DNA from: Candidatus Heimdallarchaeota archaeon
GTDB lineage: Archaea > Asgardarchaeota > Heimdallarchaeia > JABLTI01
Assembly: GCA_018238155.1 (NCBI GenBank)
Contig: JABCTZ010000046.1
Coordinates: 160,001-224,000, forward strand
Direction: 5' to 3'
Length of the DNA: 64,000 bases
Part shown: positions 57,111-64,000 of the stretch, one piece after another
Layout: every line of letters begins with the position of its first letter
Position numbering within the stretch: the first letter of the stretch is position 1
Notes under the pieces: generated by a model
The model's database searches: none
The model's input: only the letters and a program-made list of their open reading frames with translations
What the model was told of the DNA's origin: nothing
Program-made: the position numbers and the translations under genes

Positions 57111-59879
57111 ATGTCTAGAAATGCTGAGTTTAGCTTCATGCTAATAGATATTGATTACAAAATTGACAAAAACGCATCATTTCCAACAGTTCGTTTATTT
57201 GGGAAGACCAACAAAGAAAATGTTTTAGTTAAAATAAAAGATTTTCATCCATATTTCTACTTGACGAAAAAAAACGGTTTGGATGAATTCATTGAGAAGG
57301 ATTCCATAGTTCGCAATTGGATTATTCGGAAAGAGGACGTTTCTAGGAAAAGGTATTTTGGAGGAGAGCAGATACAATTAGTGCAGCTCTTTGGTACTCG
57401 CCCAGAACAAACTCCAACTATTAGGCAAAGATTTCTTCGAGCAGGATTTGAAATTCATGAAGCAGATATACCTTTTGTTAAACGTGTTCTTCTTGATTTG
57501 AATGTTAGGTGCTTGAATGTAATAAAAGTAAAAGCAACAACGATTCAATTAAAAGACAAGAATATATTTCTTGAAGCAAAATACAAAAATATTCGCCCTG
57601 CTCATGAGGAAAAGATTTCCTCACTTGATTATTTCTATAAATTAAAAATAATGGCTTTTGATATTGAAGTAGATCATCAAACAGAAACTATTCAGCAACT
57701 CATAACTGAAACTAGAAAGAGAATCACAGTAATATCTTATGCGTTAGGAACAAACTCTCGAGAGTATAAGAAAAAAATATTCGTTTTAGAAAAAAATACA
57801 GACATAGATGAAAGAAGAGTCCTTTTGGAATTCCTTAATGATATTGCAAAAATTCAACCGGATGCTTTAATCACTTTTAATGGTGATAATTTTGATATAC
57901 CATATATCCTTGCAAGAATGGACAAATTAGGCATTGAAAATAAACTTTTCACACAATTTAGAGAAGAAGCGGTTTTTTACTCAAATAGACATCGAACATT
58001 CAGAATTAAAGGAAGAATATCATTTGATATATCACCTCGTACCTGGGGTATTCATCCCGTTTCAGGCAAGAAAAGCTTAGGAGATATTGCAGAAACAGTT
58101 TTGGATGAGGGAAAAATCGAAATTCAACGAACAACAGGAGAAATTTGGCATTCCGCGTATCTTGATGGTAATTCTGCAGATAAAGCATTGCTGAAAAAAT
58201 ATGCTATTAGAGATAGTGTGCTCACCTATCAACTCTTCTGGAAATTAGGCATACACGGTTGGTTTGAAGTAATACGATTAACTGGGTTTCCAGCGGGAGA
58301 ATCACCTGCAAGTACTGAAAGAATTCAAGGTGAGTTTGAATTAATGCGTTTTTGTTGTCTTAAAGGAGTACTTATTCCAATGGCTCCTAATGACAAAGAA
58401 GTTGTTCAAAGGTCAACTGACCGGAAAAAAAATCCTCATATGGGAGGAACGGTCCTTATTCCTAAAGGCTCCTTACATGTAGGAGTAATAATTAGTGATT
58501 TTAGAAGTATGTATCCTTCTGTTTGTGTTGCACATAATATCGGTGGAGAGTCCTTGAAAAAATTCAAGGAGATTGAAAGAGTAAATCCTCTCGAGATGTT
58601 CAATACTAAACCACAATCATGTCTTTCTTTGATGGAAGCCACATTGATTAATAGAAGGAAAGAAGTAAAAAACAAAATTAATAAAATCACTCAGAAAATT
58701 ACCAAAAAAACAGATAAAACAACTCTGATGAAATTACTAAACGATAAAGAAATACTCAATAAAGAACAGTATTCATTAAAAATCGTTGCAAATTCAATGT
58801 ATGGTGCACACAACTATATCCGCAGTCGCTTTTATTCCATCACTTTAGGAAATGCAATAACAAATATTGCTCGAACATATATTCTTAGAATGGAGAAATT
58901 GCTCCGGAAAATTTCCAAAGAAATAACTCCAGTTGAAATTGTTTATGGCGATACCGATAGCGCTTTCATCAAAATTCTTGATGAAGGTTTGGTTATAGAT
59001 GTCTATAATGAAAAGAATCCATCTAAGAAAAAGAAAAAAATGGCTAAATTATTATTATTAACTGATAAAATATTAGAAAATTTAAATAAACAATTTCCAG
59101 AAGCAATGGATTTAACATTAGAAGATTTTGCATATAAATTAATATTCAAACCAGGTCGTGCAAAAGCTTATAGCTATTTTAGTTTATTAGATAATCATCT
59201 GCAAATAAAGGGATTTGAAGCAGTAAGATCCGATTGGTCTTTTCTCTCTCGAGATGCGCAAAAGAAAGTTCTGGAACTTATTTTAAAAGAACCTGTTAAG
59301 AAAAGTAAGAAGCATGAGAAAAATATCGAATTTGTTGATCTAGGAGTAAAAAAAGCAACTAAATATCTAGTAAATTTATCCAAGGATATTTTACAAATGC
59401 CTGCAGAAGAATTACTAGAAAAAGCAATGGTACTATCCCCAATTAAAAAAGAACCAAGTAAATATAAAGCGAAAATGCCTGCGGTTCTTGCTTTCCTCGA
59501 TTTTGCAAAAAAAGAAGAGTTGGATCCAACTACAGAATGGAAGGAATATGATAAATTTCCATGGGTGATTACACCAGGAACAGGTTTGATTAGTGACCGT
59601 GCAAGACATCCAAAATATGCAACAGATATCGATCGAAATCATTATGTAACAGAAATTCTCCGTGCATCAGAAGGATTTGGTATCAAAATTTCATTACAAG
59701 ATATTAAGAATAAACTTACAATGGAACCTATTGATGAGATACTTAAAAGACTGCCAAAAAAATCTGCTGATGAGAGAGAATTCAGTGATACTTTTGACAA
59801 AAAAACAGCTAAGCAAAAATCGAAACAAACAAAATTAAGTGCATTTATTGTTGAAGAAGAAAATCAACACGATCATTAA
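57111..59879 (+). CDS. polB: Family B DNA polymerase (archaeal PolB-type, intact exonuclease and polymerase motifs)
   Basis: HEADIPF, AFDIE, FNGDNFD, YAIRD, DFRSMYPS, KIVANSMYG, YGDTDS, KGFEAVRSDW. Confidence 0.95.
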   Translation: MSRNAEFSFMLIDIDYKIDKNASFPTVRLFGKTNKENVLVKIKDFHPYFYLTKKNGLDEFIEKDSIVRNWIIRKEDVSRKRYFGGEQIQLVQLFGTRPEQTPTIRQRFLRAGFEIHEADIPFVKRVLLDLNVRCLNVIKVKATTIQLKDKNIFLEAKYKNIRPAHEEKISSLDYFYKLKIMAFDIEVDHQTETIQQLITETRKRITVISYALGTNSREYKKKIFVLEKNTDIDERRVLLEFLNDIAKIQPDALITFNGDNFDIPYILARMDKLGIENKLFTQFREEAVFYSNRHRTFRIKGRISFDISPRTWGIHPVSGKKSLGDIAETVLDEGKIEIQRTTGEIWHSAYLDGNSADKALLKKYAIRDSVLTYQLFWKLGIHGWFEVIRLTGFPAGESPASTERIQGEFELMRFCCLKGVLIPMAPNDKEVVQRSTDRKKNPHMGGTVLIPKGSLHVGVIISDFRSMYPSVCVAHNIGGESLKKFKEIERVNPLEMFNTKPQSCLSLMEATLINRRKEVKNKINKITQKITKKTDKTTLMKLLNDKEILNKEQYSLKIVANSMYGAHNYIRSRFYSITLGNAITNIARTYILRMEKLLRKISKEITPVEIVYGDTDSAFIKILDEGLVIDVYNEKNPSKKKKKMAKLLLLTDKILENLNKQFPEAMDLTLEDFAYKLIFKPGRAKAYSYFSLLDNHLQIKGFEAVRSDWSFLSRDAQKKVLELILKEPVKKSKKHEKNIEFVDLGVKKATKYLVNLSKDILQMPAEELLEKAMVLSPIKKEPSKYKAKMPAVLAFLDFAKKEELDPTTEWKEYDKFPWVITPGTGLISDRARHPKYATDIDRNHYVTEILRASEGFGIKISLQDIKNKLTMEPIDEILKRLPKKSADEREFSDTFDKKTAKQKSKQTKLSAFIVEEENQHDH

Positions 59880-59975
59880 TTTTTCGGTAAAAAACTAGTT
59901 TAACCTTTATTAGTAAACTATAAACATGTAAAACTAAAATAAAATGAAAAATAAAGGAGAAAAATAAGCAGTTAA

Positions 59976-60140
59976 TTAAATAACTGTTTGATCTTTGGCA
60001 ACTTTTTCTTTTCGTCTTTCAAGCGAGCTCTTCATTCCCTTTGCAACAAAATAGCCAATTATTATTGGAAGTGCAAAGACAACACCAAATAATATTGTTC
60101 CAAAAAATGCCCAGCCGATACTTGTTGGATTTCTAACCAT
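59976..60140 (-). CDS. 54-aa single-TM small protein (below the ORF-track cutoff)
   Basis: GGTG SD then MVRNPTSIGWAFFGTILFGVVFALPIIIGYFVAKGMKSSLERRKEKVAKDQTVI*; hairpin and T-tract downstream. Confidence 0.7.
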   Translation of the reverse strand: MVRNPTSIGWAFFGTILFGVVFALPIIIGYFVAKGMKSSLERRKEKVAKDQTVI

Positions 60141-60269
60141 AATTTACACCTATTGGTTCTTTGTGAATATATCTGATAAAAGACTCTAACTTATAAGAGT
60201 TTTTACTATTTTAAATTGTATTTACTCTTATAAAAGTAAAGTTATTATTTTCACATTTATTATTCTAAA

Positions 60270-60956
60270 TCATTCAACTACTAGAAGCAGTTCAACTAGA
60301 GAGGAGATGATATTATTACTCTTTTTTACTTTGACTTTATGAAGGTCATGTTTTCCAGTATTGACTGCAATTATTTGCATTCGGGCATTGTTAGCAGCTT
60401 CAATATCGTGTGGTGAATCGCCTAATACTAGGCAATGTTTAGGAACAATATTTACTTTTTTTGCTGCTTTTAGAAACGCTTGTGGATTTGGTTTTCCAAT
60501 TGTTATATCTTCTCCAGTAATAATTACTTTGAAATACTGATCCATTTTAACAGCTTTTAACATTTTCATTACATTGTACTTTGGTGTTGAGGATGCTAAG
60601 CAAAGTGGCATATCTATTCCTTTTAGATAATCTAATAATTTAATGGCTCCATCAAAAATAGGGATTCTATCTAGCAAATTGGAGAGAATCATTTCTTTTT
60701 TCAAAGCTAATTGTTCTAATTTCTTATTGTCTTTAGCTAGTTCAGGTATTAGTGACTTGAGAGTATCTTTTGGCGTTCGACCCATATTTTCAGCTATTGC
60801 CTCATAAGAGATATCCAATGCTATTTCAGTAAATAGTATTTCAAATGCTTGGATGTGTTTGTCAAGTGTATCAACAAGTGTTCCATCTAAATCAAATATT
60901 ATACATCGGATTTTCCATTGTTTTATTAGAGAGTCAATTCGAATCAAGTATCTCAC
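60270..60956 (-). CDS. HAD-superfamily phosphatase (beta-PGM/Gph-like)
   Basis: IFDLDGTLVDT, LASS, GKPNP, LGDSPHDIEAA. Confidence 0.92.
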   Translation of the reverse strand: MRYLIRIDSLIKQWKIRCIIFDLDGTLVDTLDKHIQAFEILFTEIALDISYEAIAENMGRTPKDTLKSLIPELAKDNKKLEQLALKKEMILSNLLDRIPIFDGAIKLLDYLKGIDMPLCLASSTPKYNVMKMLKAVKMDQYFKVIITGEDITIGKPNPQAFLKAAKKVNIVPKHCLVLGDSPHDIEAANNARMQIIAVNTGKHDLHKVKVKKSNNIISSLVELLLVVE

Positions 60957-61097
60957 AACATATATAATGAAAATTCCTCATATGCTTTAAATTTAATGCA
61001 AGTTGATTCTTTTTTCTCGCAAATGATTCAATATAATACTAAAAACTTTAAACTAGAGAATAAATCTTCAATTAGAAATCTTAGGTGGCTAGATGAA

Positions 61098-61763
61098 TTG
61101 ACTGAATCTTCTGAAAGACAAAACAACGATTTCATTGAAACTATTGATAATGATACAAATGAACCAGTAGATGATAAGCTTGAAATCAAAAACCCAGTTA
61201 AATCTTGGGATGAATTGAAATTTATCCCTAACAAAAAAAGATTTATTATTCTAACAATTGTCATGTCTCTTGTTGAGATTGGTGGATTCTTTATTTTTGC
61301 ATATGCCTTTTATAATTCTGTTGGCGATGGTATGCATGTATTAGGTTTGCTTTTACTCCCACCTCTTTTAGGGGTTCTTATTGCTTACTTTGTTCAAGAT
61401 AAAAAAGAAGCCGTAGGCATTAGTTCTATCAACGCAGTTGCATCTATCATACCTTTTATGATTATTTATTCATTAATTGAAACACTAATCTTTCCAGAGA
61501 GACTTTTTGAAGTGAATATCTATTTCTTTCTATTTCCACTTTTAGGATTGGCATTTCAGGTAACTGCTGCTTACACCATAAGTAGAACTAGAACTCTTTA
61601 TCGTTTATATGGAAATCCCGATATTCCTAGAGAAACTGATGAAGCAATGATTGCTGAATTGAAACAGAGTAGGATTGAAAGAGGTTTGGAATCTCCCCCT
61701 ATTGAAGAGGAAACAGATACTATTGTAAAAGAGAAGATTTCAGAAAAAATAGAGCAAGATTAA
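61098..61763 (+). CDS. Hypothetical 4-TM membrane protein
   Basis: Four hydrophobic helices flanked by acidic termini; TTG at 61098 after AGGTGG preferred over ATG at 60996. Confidence 0.7.
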   Translation: MTESSERQNNDFIETIDNDTNEPVDDKLEIKNPVKSWDELKFIPNKKRFIILTIVMSLVEIGGFFIFAYAFYNSVGDGMHVLGLLLLPPLLGVLIAYFVQDKKEAVGISSINAVASIIPFMIIYSLIETLIFPERLFEVNIYFFLFPLLGLAFQVTAAYTISRTRTLYRLYGNPDIPRETDEAMIAELKQSRIERGLESPPIEEETDTIVKEKISEKIEQD

Positions 61764-61952
61764 TCTTTCCAAAAGAGTAAAATGTTGCAAGGGAAATGGG
61801 CTTTATTTCCCAAGCAAATCTTAACTAATCAAGAGGGATAATTAACTTTCAAATTCTAGAATACCTTAAATGATTTCTATCGGTCAAATCACATCTTAAG
61901 GGGTTCTAACTATTAATATATATATACTCGAAAACAATTAAGTAGTCTGTAA

Positions 61953-62300
61953 GAACAGTTCAGCAAACTGTTCAGTATTATCTGAACGATTTCTTTCTAT
62001 TCTACTAAAAATAGTTCTTTTACCTGAGGTAGAAATTGAAAAAAAAAACGGTATTCATATCTTTGTTTGATTTAAGGAAATTACAATAAACAAGGAATAA
62101 GAATTTCTAATGGGAGACAGTGTGTGGACTTTTCCAAATCCCTTTACGAATCCTCCATATTAGCTTAGTTCCTATTCAGAGCTTTGATAGATCAAAAAAA
62201 CAAAACTTCTCTAAAGTTTGTTGTTATTTTTATTCAAATTCAAGTAAAACAGTTCCTACACACAGCACGCTAACTGTTCAGATAAATTCTGAACGATTAG
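61953..62300. promoter_or_regulatory. Duplicated palindromic operator-like motif
   Basis: AACAGTTC...AACTGTTCAG-N6/7-CTGAACGATT at 61954-61991 and 62248-62298. Confidence 0.5.
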
Positions 62301-62383
62301 CGAATGATTTTTAATTCAAAAACATCTATTGTTTCATTGAAAAAAACATTTGAGTAGAATTTAAACTTAAAGAGTGAAGAAAA

Positions 62384-63319
62384 ATGCGACCCAGAATTAG
62401 TAGATATTTGATATTTCTATTTATTACAAGTATATTGTTTTTTTCTCAAACCTTTTCTTACGTAGAAAAAGTTCTAGGGCAAACGAATTTAATTGAAGAA
62501 GATGAAAAATTTACCATCTTTGCAGGTAATCTTTACGATTTGGTTATTCCAAAAAAACAGGGTCCATCAGCATTTTTTAATTTCGATTCTTTTGGTCAAA
62601 TAAAACTTAAATTCAATTATATATCAGAATATGAAAGTTCAAATGTTTTTATGAATTCAATAAATAATCTTTATGGGAAAGGTTATTCTTTGGAGCATAT
62701 TGATTGGGATATTTTAGGTACATCAGATGCTTACAAGTCAAGCGTTAATTTTTCCAAAGCAAACCTAGATAGAAATGCCTCTTTACATCTATCATTCACA
62801 GTATTTAACCAAAATTCAACTGTTAATTTCTATGATATTGAATCTTTAAGTCAATCATTTATTGAACTAAATTTAACGAATTGGGATTTTAGTCCTGGTT
62901 CCCGAGGTATTGCACTAAATATCCAAACTCAACTTATGGATTCAAAAGATTATGTTCGTTTAGGACCATACATGGATTTTGAAAATGGATATTATTTGGT
63001 TAAAATAATTAGTGGCGAATATATATTCAAGATAAAGTTTACTCCACAAATAATTATCAAAACACAAAGTGGTGTTGAAGAATTTTACGAATCAATGTTT
63101 TTTGCAAATTATAATATTGGAGCTCTAGAATCTAAACCGGCAGATTTTTGGATTTCTGTACCATATCGAACTGGTATTTCACAAATCATTTTTAGCTTCC
63201 TTTGTTTCTATGAAATCACAACCAATCAAGGAGGTTTTGATTGGTTCAATTTATCTTTAATTATACTTTCAACAATTTGTACAATAATTATATTCAGGAA
63301 AAGGAGAAAGGAGAAATAA
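62384..63319 (+). CDS. Secreted, C-terminally anchored surface protein
   Basis: Signal peptide, sequons, GGFDW + TM + RKRRKEK. Confidence 0.75.
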   Translation: MRPRISRYLIFLFITSILFFSQTFSYVEKVLGQTNLIEEDEKFTIFAGNLYDLVIPKKQGPSAFFNFDSFGQIKLKFNYISEYESSNVFMNSINNLYGKGYSLEHIDWDILGTSDAYKSSVNFSKANLDRNASLHLSFTVFNQNSTVNFYDIESLSQSFIELNLTNWDFSPGSRGIALNIQTQLMDSKDYVRLGPYMDFENGYYLVKIISGEYIFKIKFTPQIIIKTQSGVEEFYESMFFANYNIGALESKPADFWISVPYRTGISQIIFSFLCFYEITTNQGGFDWFNLSLIILSTICTIIIFRKRRKEK

Positions 63320-64000
63320 TGATAAATAAAGAAAGCTTTTTCTTATTAAAAAGAAATTATTATAAATTTGTCGCTTTTGTGATAATCATAGGTACTGTTC
63401 TTCTAATCAATACTCAGTTAAGTAATTTCAAAAGTAATGCTATTGGTTTTGTTCCTTTAAATTACCATAGCCAAACTTTTGATCCTATTCTCCCTTTGAA
63501 ATTACAACCGAATTTAAATGAGAATCTAAATAGATTAATTTACAAAATAACTATTGATATTCAGACTAATGCTAGAGATGTTTTTGTTACTGCTCAATTA
63601 ACCTACCAAAATAATGTTAACATTTCCATTGAAAATATAATTTATATTGCAGACATTGAAACAATTTTAGTTGAAAGTAGAACCTCATCTTTCCAAATTT
63701 ATGATAACATAGGAGAACTGTTCTTTGAATGGACTCCAACATCAGATTTCCATTTGCTAAATATTACTTTAAGCAATCCAATTGAGTTCAATGAGTATTA
63801 CACTTTCTCAATCTCATATCTATTAGAAAACGCTATTTTATTCAACCAGGATTTTGAAAATAATTACATATTTCAATGGTCAATTATTAATGATGAGTAT
63901 GTTGATCAATTTGCTGTAATAGTTAATTTACCAGTCATTTTTTCTCTTGGTAATAATTCTATTGTTTCTGCCCTTGATCCAGTAGCTGATTATGTTTCTG
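63319..64000 (+). CDS. Secreted/membrane protein, truncated by the window end
   Basis: ATG overlapping the upstream TAA; N-terminal hydrophobic segment then beta-rich sequence; frame appears open to the window end. Confidence 0.7.
   Translation, partial: MINKESFFLLKRNYYKFVAFVIIIGTVLLINTQLSNFKSNAIGFVPLNYHSQTFDPILPLKLQPNLNENLNRLIYKITIDIQTNARDVFVTAQLTYQNNVNISIENIIYIADIETILVESRTSSFQIYDNIGELFFEWTPTSDFHLLNITLSNPIEFNEYYTFSISYLLENAILFNQDFENNYIFQWSIINDEYVDQFAVIVNLPVIFSLGNNSIVSALDPVADYVS

Noticed and set aside
57111-59879. Inactivated PolB2 or intein-containing polymerase
   Set aside because: All exonuclease and polymerase catalytic motifs are intact and no intein-sized insertion or splice motif is present.
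62120-62314. 64-aa ORF in the large intergenic region
   Set aside because: No recognisable features and it runs through the palindromic motif; more likely regulatory DNA.
1-64000. tRNA, rRNA, CRISPR array, transposase, integrase, reverse transcriptase
   Set aside because: No cloverleaf/T-loop consensus, rRNA-like stretch, repeat-spacer array or DDE/Y1/YxDD motif-bearing ORF was found by eye; a tRNAscan/Infernal run was not possible.

Overview
AT-rich, gene-dense chromosomal window from an archaeon, almost certainly an Asgard archaeon and probably Heimdallarchaeia. The taxon is inferred from a cupin-type glucose-6-phosphate isomerase, aIF1/SUI1, Rqc2/NFACT, NurA, family-B DNA polymerase, an Arf-like GTPase, an ESCRT-II (Vps22/36) domain, a RING protein and many C-terminally anchored surface proteins. 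About 55 CDS are supportable, including three below or outside the ORF track: a Nudix gene with an apparent ACG start and two small proteins. I found no rRNA, tRNA, CRISPR array or intact transposase. The strongest candidate for an undescribed system is the two-gene operon at 42018-47276. It encodes a membrane-anchored protein with an integrin-beta-I-like vWA/MIDAS domain, apparently inserted into an Ig-like domain. It also encodes a single-pass receptor with a putative FG-GAP-like beta-propeller and Ig-like ectodomain and a cytoplasmic helical + Zn-finger + RING tail, i.e. an integrin-like pair possibly coupled to ubiquitin ligation. Other notable items: a surface protein with a ~140-residue Ala-free Ile/Phe/Val-rich segment; an EMC6/OPTI-like gene head-to-head with Rqc2 across 14 bp; a site-1-protease-like subtilase; a bacterial-type citDEF operon; dispersed GTAG-type REP-like palindromes; and a small decayed toxin-antitoxin island. 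All family calls come from motif recognition by eye; no searches were run.
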